Origin: Octopus bimaculoides
Taxonomy: Eukaryota
NCBI RefSeq assembly: GCF_001194135.2
Contig: NC_068984.1
Span: 43,854,932 to 43,918,931 of the forward strand
Direction of reading: 5' to 3'
Length of the DNA stretch: 64,000 nt
The position numbers and the translations under genes were made by a program. Under the pieces are notes generated by a model. The model searched no databases. It was given only the letters and a program-made list of their open reading frames with translations, and had not been told where the DNA came from. Positions within the stretch are counted from its first letter, which is position 1. Each line of letters opens with the position of its first letter. Of this stretch, positions 11,950 through 24,290 are shown in pieces.

Positions 11950-12720
11950 ATCTAGGTGGGATTTGAAACCGGTATTTGAAGAGGTTGATGAGAGTTTTCC
12001 CAAACGTTTCAGACGATTCCACCAACCACATCAATTCTTTTATCACAGCTACCAAGCATAGAAACATTTGTCTCTTTTCCTTGTCAAAGAAAGGTGTTGA
12101 GTCGATCTTCACTATAAACTCAGTGGACAGCCGGATTCTTCCTATACGTAACAACTGCTCGACACAAGCCCACAAATTGTTAATGCATGGACACTGGTCA
12201 ATGACGTGCATGGTCTCTCTGCATGATTCTCGGACAGATTTAGCTGTTGACGCTTCCATGTTTGAACAGCTCTCATACAACTGTAGTATTGCTATGACAA
12301 AGAATTTTGGAAGTTGTCCACAGTACTCGACCTAAAATTTCTCCAGAAGAGACTATTCAGAATTTTCTCGTCGACGATGCTCACAATCAATCCCAGATGT
12401 TATAACCTTCGAGTTTCCTATTCTCCAAGCAACCTGCATATACTCTCATTCTCCGAATTAGAAGTTTGGCATACAAGGCACAGCTTTCGGAGATCCATTG
12501 ACATTCCCTTTTTTTATTATGAAGCTGGATTTCATATTTATAATTTCCACATGCTCCTCTAGCATGGACATTGCAATGGCCAGGTGCCTATGAGGAGGTA
12601 TGTTAGTGCCTCCAGACATTGGTCACACAACGTCTCATACATATAGATAAAATCACAAAGTAATGAGAAGTGCAAATTGTTGTAGCCATCTTACTAACTT
12701 TCTGCTCGCTGCTGCAGACA
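11950..12720 (-). mobile_element. L1/Tx1-type LINE ORF2 C-terminal relic
   Basis: Minus-strand translation VDNFQNSLS.. then ETMHVIDQCPCINNLWACVEQLLRIGRIRLSTEFIVKI..MFLCLVAVIKELMW..LINLFKYRF: degenerate CCHC knuckle (ET.H...C) and post-knuckle region of Tx1-like ORF2. Confidence 0.55.
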
Positions 12721-14611
12721 GCGATCACAATCCTATATTATTTTCCTCGGTTAATGCATACTACAGTGATCACACATCCAGACATATCCCGATTTCAACG
12801 GGGGATGGATATTGTGACTTTCTTTCCGTGTCATTGATGCACTTGTAAATTATGCTTCTTTTTTGGGACACAACATTGCCTCTTCTGCGAGAGATATGAC
12901 TCTAAGGCGAATGTTATCATTTATATAGCTTTAATACAATTCACTTTATTTACCAGAAAATAAGAATTCTGTGGATCTGTGACGTGTGGGAAGAATGCTT
13001 TTATTTTCATGGATTTGTCGTCGTTACAGATGCTGATGTGGTCTTGTTATTGTTTACTTTGCTCCTGTTGTCACTGCAGCTGCTCTTAGCACCATTACTG
13101 TTCTCACTAATGCGCCTGCTGATTATTTTGTTATTGTTGATTTCGTTACTGTTGTTATTGGAGTTGCAGTAGTTCTGTTGTTGTTGCCGTCGTCGCTGTT
13201 GTTGATTTCAGTTCTTTTAGATTCTTAGTTACCTTCAATGGAAGTGTCTCCCGCTATGGGAGACTTGCTGCTGTACTACGGTGAGTAAACTTGTTGATGT
13301 ACGAGGTTAGAGGAGGAGTGAATATATTTTCTCCTAAATTCCCTTCACCATTTAAAATTGTTCTGTTTACCTCCTAAAAGGATCTTGCAAGAAAATTTAT
13401 ATCCGAAAATGTTATAGAACCGGAAAACACCCGTTCCCTGATTAAAATGAGGTAAAAAATGTTTCAGTGGAAACCTGGATACATCCGCCAAAACAATGAT
13501 TACAACTTTACAACTTCAGCGATAGAAAACGAAAGAAATTTAGGAAAAAAGAAAAAAACTCATCAGTATTGTATCCAGTGAAGATTCTACATACGATGCC
13601 AACAAAAAAATAAAAGAAAGAAAAAAAGAACAACGACAACAACAGTAATAAACATGCCCAGGGTGAATAACAGCATGGACTTGGAAACAATTTCCCATCA
13701 TCAACATATCTAAAAACAAGCTGAAAATTACATTTTTTATGTGTTACATGGGATTATAAACCACTACATATTGCTTAAATAACATACAACACGTGTAAAA
13801 ATAGCGAATAAAGAAGCAAAGGAATACAAACAAAACAAAATGAAACAACCGAAAATGAAACCAACGCTATTCAAAAACTAATTAGCTATGTTAATAAAGC
13901 ATAGAGTAATAAAAACAATATCTGAATCGCCAATATTCTATGATGAATGCTGTATCATAAGTTTGATGAGAGCCCAGTACGAAACTAATGGAAAAAGCGC
14001 TTCAGAGACTAACTGTAAACAAACATGACCCACCTCATACTACTAGCAGCCAATAAAATACAAGTAACGGATGAAAGAGAGTTTTGGCCCAAGGAACAAT
14101 TTATCAAATAATTAATAGGTATCCATCGTATATCCAACAAACATAAATGTCATAATAAAGGCGTAGGGGTAAGAGAGAAAATAAATCTAAGTACACTAGC
14201 GAAACCTCCCAAAATATAGTAGAAACAGATCTAGAAAAACAAACATACAAATAATGCAGATTGAAAATAAACAAATGTCAACAATCTAAACACATAAGCA
14301 TTTGGAAACTATTGAATGCATCAAAACAGAATGGGGCACTCAAAATTCACCTGAAAAAAAAAAGGCAACACAACAGAAAGGACTATATACAATATAATTG
14401 AGAGCTCAAAAGAAATTGAAAATATTTCAGAAACCCTAGAAAGGAAGTCAGAAATACAAGCAACAAGAAAAAAACAGAAGGCACAGAAAATAGAAAAGAC
14501 ACAAATGATGATAACTGTCAAACGAGATTCTTATAGAAACATCTAGCCAAATACGTAGCTACAATAGAAATATACCGTCGGTCCTATACTTCAAAATTAC
14601 ACCAACAACAA

Positions 14612-14735
14612 TTCTCTATAATTTCTGTACAAGGCCTGAAAATTAAGGGACGGGACCTAGTCAATTACATCCACCCCAGCGCTCAGTTATTACTTATTTT
14701 ACCGACGTGTTAACGATTTTGTCAGCTCGTCGCCT
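14612..14735 (-). mobile_element. SINE family A, internally deleted copy
   Basis: Tail TACAAGGCCTGAAAATT joined to head TAACGATTTTGTCAGCTCGTCGCC; middle missing. Confidence 0.7.
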
Positions 14736-14737
14736 CT

Positions 14738-14786
<49 letters not shown>

Positions 14787-14788
14787 TT

Positions 14789-14998
14789 GTTTCAAATTTG
14801 GCACAAGACAAGTAATTTTAAGGAGAAGGGGTGATGGTAATCGATTGTATCGACCGCTTTATTTCATTAGTAGTTTATTTTATCGACCTCAGAAGGATGA
14901 AAAGTAAAGTTAACCTCGGCGGGAAACGTAAAGAATCTGATGAAATGTATCTAAGCATTATGTCCAGTGTGCTAACAATTCCGCTACCGTGTTGCTTT
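14789..14998 (-). mobile_element. SINE family A copy between (TAA)n tracts
   Basis: GTTTCAAATTTGGCACAAG..TTATCGACCTCAGAAGGATGAAAAGTAAAGTTAACCTCGGCGG..CTAAGCATT..GTGCTAAC. Confidence 0.8.
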
Positions 14999-15000
14999 GT

Positions 15001-15032
<32 letters not shown>

Positions 15033-15195
15033 CCATTCTGCTGGAAGCACAAGGCCTCAAATTTAGGGAAAGGGACCATCGACCGCAGTGCGTAACTGGT
15101 ACTTATTTAATCGACTCTGAAATGATTAAAGGTAAAGTCGACCTCCGCGGAATTTGATCTCAGAACGTAGCGACAGACGAAACACCGCTAAGCAC
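15033..15195 (-). mobile_element. SINE family A copy lacking its 5' end, between (TAA)n tracts
   Basis: GCACAAGGCCTCAAATTT..GGTACTTATTTAATCGAC..AAAGTCGACCTCCGCGGAATTTGATCTCAGAACG. Confidence 0.8.

Positions 15196-15290
<95 letters not shown>
15196..15290. repeat. (TAA)n microsatellite
   Basis: Directly visible. Confidence 0.98.
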
Positions 15291-15291
15291 G

Positions 15292-15630
15292 AGTTATTCA
15301 TATAGTAAGTGAATGTAGAATGGTGGCACAGGAAGAATACAACAAAAGACATGACAACCTAGGGAGATTAATCCCTAGGGAGAGTAATTGCGTAAAGACG
15401 GACGAAACGCCGCAAAGCCAACAACTTTGTTACAAGGGAGATAAAACAAATAAGATTTTTGACTAAAAAAAGAATCAAAACGGCTTCCCCTAAACACTAA
15501 TGGAGTAACAATTCTTCGCTAGACTCGACAGAAAGGTAGTAAATCTAAGTGAAAGCCAACTCTAACTCAAAAGGTCCGGGCTAAAAGCAGAAACAAATAT
15601 GATCTTAGCTGCACAGAACAGCACTGATGC
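15292..15630 (+). mobile_element. R4/Dong-type LINE fragments
   Basis: 15293-15375: VIHIVSECRMVAQEEYNKRHDNLG (CCHC H..C and RHD motif); ~15538-15625: VNLSESQL*LKRSGLKAETNMILAAQN (WL..GLKAETE..I.AAQ motif). Confidence 0.7.
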
Positions 15631-17122
15631 CTTGGTAAAAAAAAAATGAAAAAAAAAAAAATGAAGAAAGAGAAAAAATCATATGGAAGAAAAATGTTGA
15701 AATGAAGAGTAGTCTATGTATTCAGTACAAAGAGATAATTTATCACTTAATTTTCAGTTACTCAGTCCTTTCAAAGGAAAAACATCACGTATTACAAGGA
15801 TAAGTTTCACATAAAATATCCGTTAGAAAATTTGTCTAATCAATGCTTTCCTCTAGTTTTTGTATTTCACGAGCCAGTCCCGTTATCGTTTTGGATCTGA
15901 TTGCATGATATATAAATAAAATAGTTATTATTGCAGCAGTACATTTCTGTCAAGAAATGGATTAAACTTAAAAAGAAGTTAAATTTAAAATTAGAATACC
16001 AAAGTAGATGGATGTTATAACTGGCACGTAAGACGACCATAATGAGCTTATCAAAAAGACAAGTTCAATATAGCCACTACTTATACAAGCCAAATGCGAC
16101 ACATAAATTAAAAAAGAAAACTGAGTCTGGGTTGAATAATCTTTACCAGACTAAATAAGACAGCAGCATCAGCGTTTATTATATGGGAACAAAGCATCAT
16201 AACTAAATATACTGCGCCGAATACTGTCGAACAACATTCATAACTTGTTATTTACGTCGTATATTTTCTGTTGCGATACAAAGCATTGCATCAGGATATC
16301 TGACAGTTATTCGCATCAAAGAAATTTGAACACACAACCGCGCAACAAAGTTATTTGGCATACAACCCTAACCTTAGGTACAGCTCTGTGCTACTCTATG
16401 AATCTTTACCAGACTAAAAATATGACCATACGAAGTTGCTTTAGCGTACAGACAGATCCGATAGCACATAGTAAGCCTGACATTTTCAGTGGCAAATAGC
16501 AATGCCGCGTATTATTAATACGCGGAATAACCATACTGAATACCAAAAACGTAAAGATTCGAGATAAAATGTTAATGAATTTATTGAATTTTCTCTCAAA
16601 TTAAAGACAACAGGGCAGTTAACAAGCGTGTATATCATACTACTTGTTATCTATAGATCTTGATTGATACACAATTTATGTTAACACTCAGACAGGATTG
16701 CCTCTAAGAATAGACACAAGTAAATTCAAGAAAATAGCAACGGGAGGGTCTGTAGACGTTAGTATGGAATTCTCACTATTTTTTATGAACATTATCGAGT
16801 ATGTTTTTTTTTTTAAATTGGCTTTGTTGCATGAAAGGCTATTCTTGATGTGTACCAAAAACATTCACAAATCGTGATGAAAGAAAATCTGAAGGAAATA
16901 GTAAAACAACGTAACTGATTCCTCGTAGAAATATTGGCTGTGTACAACAATTTGAAAATAGGCATCCATATTCTAAAGATCAACAAACTTGACTTCAGAA
17001 AGATAAGTGGATTAAATTGGGAAGATATCAGGCTGCCCTCATCTACAGTAGAAAAACTATCATCCTTATTTGTTCAGCTAACTGCAGAGCGTTACCTGCG
17101 AAAATACTATCTGTACATATTG

Positions 17123-17802
17123 GTTTCAAATTTTGGCACAAGGCCAGCAATTATGGCGGAGGGTGCAAGGCGATTACTTCCACCCCAGTACTCAACCGGA
17201 ACATATTTCATCGACCACGAAATGATGAAAGGCAAAGTCGACTGCAGCGGAATTTGAACTCAGAACGTAAAGACGGACGAAATGCCGCTAAGCATTTTGC
17301 CCAGCGTTTTGGCTGGCTAACGAATCTACCAGCACACCGCCTTACATTGGTGTATAATATTGATTTTAAAATTTAGCACATGGTCAGCAAGTTCGAGGGG
17401 TTGCAGTAAGTCGATTACAGCGACCCTAGTGCTCAAATGATACTTATTTTATCGACCCTAAAAAGGTAAAGTCGACCTCGGCAGGATTTGGACTCAGATC
17501 GTAAAGATGGACGAAATATCGATAAGCATTTCGCACAGATGTTCTAATGATTCTGCCAGCTTTGCCGCTTTACATTAATGTATATAATTGGTTTCAAAGT
17601 TTGGCACAAAGCCAGGAATTTTAGGGTAGGGTGCTAGTCAATTACATCGACCCCAGTGTTCAACTGGTACTTAATTTATCGACTTCCAAATGGATGAAAG
17701 GCAAAATCGAGCTCGGCGAAATCTAAACCCAGAACGTGCAGACAGACGGAATGCCGCAAAGCATTTTGGCCGGCGCGCTAACGATTCCGCCAGCTCACCG
17801 TC
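17123..17802 (-). mobile_element. head-to-tail trimer of SINE family A (17123-17341, 17363-17569, 17591-17802)
   Basis: Three near-full copies, each with the AAAGTCGAC core and B-box, separated by related ~21-bp linkers. Confidence 0.9.
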
Positions 17803-18469
17803 TTAATATTGATGTATAATACTGAAAGTAGTTTATTGAGCATAGTGACCTAGGTCTCCTTATGCAGACAATATTGTTACTTAAGCAGTAAGAATACTAT
17901 AATAGTAACATTACATTAACAACCACAACACTTTATATGTTTCTGAGTATGTACGTATACATTCAGACAAAAATACGAAGTCTAGTTTTAAAAGTGATTT
18001 CAGTTTGCTTTTAGAAACTGCGTAATTATTCACTTAATTATTTTGGGCTATTTTCTTCACGGTTATTATTTGCGCTATTTAGCAACTGATGTTAAAAGAA
18101 ACTGACCGGAATATAGACATGTCTGTCTCACTCGCCTGTCAGCACTGTTTCATTTTTGACTGCTTTTAAAGAAATGGTTTAACAGATGAACATGTAACAT
18201 TTTCAGACATTAGACATCTGGTGTGTGTAACGGTATGTTCTATTATAGACCATCTGCTGACTGTAACTTCAGGTACACATTATAGAAAAACAGATGCAAA
18301 TTATCTGTAAACGATGAATTCTCATCAGGTAATCTCGAAAGATCTTCGAATCTGTCAAACATGAGATCCGAAGCATGATATACCGACAAATTGGTTATGG
18401 TGTTTCATAATTTGCTTTTAAAATAAATTCATGCTTACATATTTCACATCGACATGCACAAACGCTAGT

Positions 18470-18494
18470 ACACACACACACACACACACACACT

Positions 18495-18539
<45 letters not shown>

Positions 18540-18690
18540 TTTGTGTATGAGTGTGTGAGCGTACATGTATATGGGTGTGCGTATGTGTATGTATGTACGT
18601 GCGTGCGTGCGTTCGTGCGTGTGTGTGTGTGTGTGTGCGTGTGCGTGTGTGTGTGTGTATGTGTGTGTGTGTGTGTCTATGCGTGTCTAT
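18470..18690. repeat. compound (CA)n/(TA)n/(TG)n microsatellite
   Basis: Directly visible. Confidence 0.95.
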
Positions 18691-18955
18691 GCGTGTTTGT
18701 GCTTGTGCAATATGCATTACATATCCTCTGGGTTCAGCTTGTAGAGGTGGAAGCCAGTATAATGGGTTGATGAGTGATTAAACAAAAATTAGTTAAGCAT
18801 AAGGAAGATTTGGCTTCGGCAGCTAAATAAGTTATAGATGACGGTTCTTTAGCGAAGATTTCAGAAACATAACGAGGAACGAGAAAAATGTTTTTATTTA
18901 TGACTCATCAGCAGATTACGACTCCTTTTTGTAATACTATTTCATGTCCACAGAT

Positions 18956-18988
<33 letters not shown>

Positions 18989-20489
18989 CGCGCACGCACG
19001 CACGCATGAATCTTAAAATCATCATCCTTCCGTTAATTTCGTTTCCTATTTTACTTTCTTAATTATTGTGCTGATATTTCCGATGACTGAGGGGACTGAC
19101 TTTTTTATGAAGCATGCTTCTGCACATGATGAACTTGGTAAACAGAGTGGAATGTTTTTGTCGTTTTTTCCGTTTTTGTCATTTGTCTTCATTTTACGAT
19201 GTTCTTGTTCGAGGTGGTTTGATATCAGTTTTGCACTCAACTGTTCGTTCTACCCAGGTTTTCAAGCTGATTGCGGTCTTTTATGCAGTTTCTTTGAACT
19301 GATCCTAGCGACGTCACAAAGAGGATCTAGGGTGTCTTCTGTTGATGAACATTATGGCAAATATGTTAGTATTACTCTTAAGGTACACATGGCTTTTATC
19401 TCTGGGCTGATATTTAATGATGTTGGCTTCGTTATTATTAGCTTATGTTTTCTCAAGTTCTGCAAAACTAGCGACGCATTCATACCATGCGATATTCATG
19501 AGTGAAATATGTTTCTGCTGGCGAAAGCGCTCAAGTTTCTTGATGTCACGACAATAGACGATTTATGTTTTCTAGCCACAGAATTATAGAGGAAAACGAA
19601 GTCTCCTTGATAAACCATGCATTTCATCTGTTTAAAGTTTGTTTTCTGAAGGCGATGTAGGATCTAATACGATTTACCTGCTCTGATCGATCAATTGTCC
19701 AACGCTAGCAGAGTGGACACATACCCTACCTCTTAAATTAAATTTCATATACCGAGACACATATGAATTTTAGGTAACAGAGTTTGTAAACATTCGAGGA
19801 TGCAAAAACAGAGGTAAAACCTTCCTTAAGCAGGTCAACTTTAAAGCAAATTCAAGGTAGTTAAATACGTAATCGGAGGACGAGAGGCGTAAATTATAAG
19901 GTGTAGATAACGAGCACAAATCGACAAATAATAATAATATATAATTATTCGGCGTAGATATATCATAGTGGTCTGCATGAAACAAATTACTCTAGGCTTG
20001 GCAATATATAGCATTAATGCCCCTGAAAAATACATAGTTATTCTCATACCACTATTTACCAAAGAACTCAAAACTTGGAAGCTTAAAGTAATTTATAATT
20101 TAATGCGAAATTATGAATATTAACTGAATTAAAAATAACCTGAGGCAAACTTCCTAAAATAAAAATATACTTTATACTATAATTTTGATTTAGTACCACA
20201 CAGGCGCAAACATAATTCTGTAGATTACAGTTATAATGAATATTTAATTACTTCCTGTTCTTACCAGCATCCCATGAATATTATATGTCTCCAAGAAATA
20301 TGAGTTATTACAAACGCACAGAGAAACACACACATATATATATTCATTGTTGGTCTTGGCTTTCTTCAGTGTGTAATACTCACACACACGCACACATACA
20401 CACACATACGCGCGCGCGCGCGTACACATGCTTACACATAAATGGTGGAAGTTAGCTTGCATCCAAATACAATTTACTTGAATGCTACC

Positions 20490-20720
20490 ACGAAACACAC
20501 AATGTGAAGAGAACGGCCAGCAGCCGGCTTGCTGGCCAGTTTCAGTATTAAGCAAGCTTTGTTTAGAGTATGTTTTAGGTCCTTCCTCATGGGCAGTACT
20601 CTCTCTTCTCTGGTGAGTCATCCAGTCGAATATCTCCATCGCAATAGTTTCGAAAAGAAGTAACCAATATGCCAAACCACCTACATGCAAATGTGCCAGT
20701 GTATACTTCCACTTGGGCAA
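20490..20720 (-). mobile_element. probable RTE-type LINE C-terminal relic
   Basis: Frameshifted minus-strand pieces WFG.., SKLLRWRYSTG, KDLKHTLNKA, LNTETGQQA resemble the RTE ORF end (RW.GH..KQLLYG..R..GRP..KD.LK..INTETW). Confidence 0.4.
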
Positions 20721-21190
20721 ACCTGTATGTTCCACTACTTCCCATCACTGCAAAGTTTTTTTTTCCGTACCGTATTTTCCAAGAAATCGTGTTCTGATGC
20801 ATGAAATTAATTATAATACGTAAAACGAGCATTGAGCTGCATTCACTTTTCTTCTAAAGTAAAACAGTTTTTTTTTTATCCCGGTTGCACCGCATAGGCT
20901 GGCATGAGTGGAACTTCGTCAGGTCTGCCACTCCCACATGNNNNNNNNNNNNNNNNNNNNNNNNNNNNNNNNNNNNNNNNNNNNNNNNNNNNNNNNNNNN
21001 NNNNNNNNNNNNNNNNNNNNNNNNNNNNNNNNNNNNNNNNNNNNNNNNNNNNNNNNNNNNNNNNNNNNNNNNNNNNNNNNNNNNNNNNNNNNNNNNNNNN
21101 NNNNNNNNNNNNNNNNNNNNNNNNNNNNNNNNNNNNNNNNNNNNNNNNNNNNNNNNNNNNNNNNNNNNNNNNNNNNNNNNNNNNNNNNNN

Positions 21191-21234
21191 CTATCTATCT
21201 CTCTGTCTGCCTGTCTGTCCATCCGTCAGTTTGC

Positions 21235-21301
<67 letters not shown>

Positions 21302-21365
21302 ACTATCTGCCTGCCTGTCTGTCTGTACGTTTGCCTGTCTGTCTGCATGTCCATCTGTCTATCTC
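21191..21365. repeat. (TATC)n/(TGTC)n microsatellite
   Basis: Directly visible. Confidence 0.95.
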
Positions 21366-21694
21366 TCTAAATACACGCACAGGCATACACACACAAATAT
21401 ATACATACATACACACACATAAATTATATATATATATGTATTTTGAATGCAATGTGTATGTATCTGTGTGTATGAAAACAACACTCATACACGTTTACTC
21501 ATACCCACACACACACATAAAAGCTACACCGATCGCTACCCAGAGAGTATGACTTTGTAGCATTTTCTGTCTTCACTTATTGCGTTGTACTTTGATATAG
21601 TCGCGACCAACTACAAACTCGTTCAAGTTTCCCGTTAGTGTTACAGTTCAACAGACATGATGTTACACAGGATTAGGATAAGGACACACGTTTA

Positions 21695-21810
21695 CGAGTG
21701 CAACGTGAAATAAAGTGTTTCGCTTAAGAACATAAAGCGACGCTCTATCCTGGAATTGAACCCACAATCTCATGATCGTGATACAGATATCCTTACCCAC
21801 ATGCAAGCAT
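21695..21810 (-). mobile_element. SINE family C head fragment
   Basis: GCAACGTGAAATAAAGTGTTT..GGAATTGAACCCAC (reverse-complement B-box). Confidence 0.55.
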
Positions 21811-22364
21811 GATATGAGTCTTCACACGCATAAATGTACACATAAATGTACAAATGCCTTCTACTATAGCCGCGGCCGACNNNNNNNNNNNNNNNNNNNN
21901 NNNNNNNNNNNNNNNNNNNNNNNNNNNNNNNNNNNNNNNNNNNNNNNNNNNNNNNNNNNNNNNNNNNNNNNNNNNNNNNNNNNNNNNNNNNNNNNNNNNN
22001 NNNNNNNNNNNNNNNNNNNNNNNNNNNNNNNNNNNNNNNNNNNNNNNNNNNNNNNNNNNNNNNNNNNNNNNNNNNNNNNNNNNNNNNNNNNNNNNNNNNN
22101 NNNNNNNNNNNNNNNNNNNNNNNNNNNNNNNNNNNNNNNNNNNNNNNNNNNNNNNNNNNNNNNNNNNNNNNNNNNNNNNNNNNNNNNNNNNNNNNNNNNN
22201 NNNNNNNNNNNNNNNNNNNNNNNNNNNNNNNNNNNNNNNNNNNNNNNNNNNNNNNNNNNNNNNNNNNNNNNNNNNNNNNNNNNNNNNNNNNNNNNNNNNN
22301 NNNNNNNNNNNNNNNNNNNNNNNNNNNNNNNNNNNNNNNNNNNNNNNNNNNNNNNNNNNNNNNN

Positions 22365-22419
<55 letters not shown>

Positions 22420-22715
22420 GATAGTGGACTGATGAAACTAACAGGAGAGAGGGCTAAAATTTTAAGTGTATACACATGCACAGAAAAGCATATATATTTT
22501 TTAATCCGCTGTAACGTTACGTAATTGACTCAGGGGCCAAGACTTTCGTGTATTGTGCTTATCAAATATACATAGTATATGTGTGTGAATGTGTGTGTGG
22601 GTATGCGTGTGCATGAGTGTGTCTGTGTGTGTGAGTATGCAAGTGTAAGTGCATGCATATGTTAAAGACCTGAATATCTAAAGCTATACCTGCCTATCTT
22701 AATATGATATACTAA

Positions 22716-22912
22716 ATTGATGGACGGCCTAATCTAAGAACATTTCTTCACCTCTTGTGGAGGACTGATAGCAGCCAGAATACGTTTCTGACCTTTAACT
22801 GCACTCTGATTGCTTTCTTTCAACTGCTTTCCAGACTCTTCTGGCATACATTAATATTAACCATCACACGTGTACGATATCTTTGTAGTTGAATTTGTGT
22901 GAAAATATGCGT
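22716..22912. other. unclassified element, copy 2 of the pair with 11335-11550
   Basis: See copy 1; same orientation, ~11.4 kb apart. Confidence 0.8.
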
Positions 22913-24290
22913 GACTTCTTACTGATTCTTTCTTTTTCTTCTATGTGTTTTGTGGCCCATGGTACGTAAAATAATTACTTTTCTATGCTTAAATCAAAGC
23001 TTGCTTGATAAGGTGAATAATGATGAGAAATTGATATAATATAACATAATCGGATATATTAAGTTACAGACACTAACACACATGAATATATTTACAATTT
23101 ATTTATTATAAACATTTTTATTGAACATTATGAAAATATGTATGAAAGTGACTGTAGGTTTCATTTAAATATTTTATATATACGTGCTTGTGACTTTTCG
23201 TGAATATCACTGAAAAAATGGAATAGCTGATTAAGATTCTGACCATATAATTAATGACTAGATTTGTATTTCGCTGTCTATCTCTGCAAGAAAACTGATT
23301 AAAATTGTGTCATTTCCAGGCCACTTGCAGATGCATTAATATGGAGGTCCACGCAATGAGTGAAATGCCCAAAATCATTATAGTGACATTAAAAAAAATG
23401 GAGCCATTAGTAACGAGTTCAAGCTTTTAACCTAGAAGTAAATGTTTATCGTTTAATCAGACAGATGCAGGTAGCATGCCCAGACGGCTCCTATATAACA
23501 TCGCCCATAGCATATAGTTAAAATTAGGTGCTTATTAAACTGTTCTGACCCCACAGGTCGCTCCTTGTTACACCACTCTCATAGCATGTAGGTGTTCGTA
23601 GTGAATACGAGAAAATTAAATTCTTTTATTATTTTAAGTCAAAGTAAGCTGCTCAAATTCATTGACAGTCGAAGTTACTTTTTGATAAATATTTATAATT
23701 GACGTTTTTGCAACATTTATAAACAGATCTTTTCTATACTGAGATGAGCTGTTCCAAACCGTCGTTGATTCCCTTTTTACATGTTACAGCAAATACAAGG
23801 ACATTAACAGCTACACATATAGAAATTGCTAAATATTGCCTTCAAACATCTACAATGTTCATGTTGTCCATCTTTTGTTGCTGACACTAAATATAACCTT
23901 CATCAACAAAATATTAAAAAACCCTACCCAGTCTTTCTTCAACGAAGACTTCTTTACCTTTTCCATTCATTCACTGGATTTATCGAATTGCAGCTCTCCA
24001 TTTTCTGAATCCCTTAATCGAAGATAATTAAAATAATGAATAATTATAAAAAGTATAAGGATTTTTAACATTGGTAGAGCTATTTTATGGACTATGGAAA
24101 CGTGAGAGGCTAATTTCAGCCGGGAAAAAGTTGAACTTATAGAGTAAAAAGGACATACGTAAGTGCTGTACAACACACTACCATTTATGCATATCCACGA
24201 TATCAATCATAACAACAGTGATGACGAAAAGAATCGTGAGAAGAAGGATGTAGACTGTCACAGTGAGACGTTGAAAATAACAATGATAAT

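Noticed and set aside
13500-14560. A-rich, coding-like K/E/N-rich stretch
   Set aside because: All frames are interrupted and no diagnostic motif is recognised; possibly a retroelement ORF1 or N-terminal relic, but unclassifiable
16934-17257. 107-aa ORF (MAVYNNLK..)
   Set aside because: The C-terminal 40% is antisense SINE A sequence; the N-terminal part has no recognised motif or donor site
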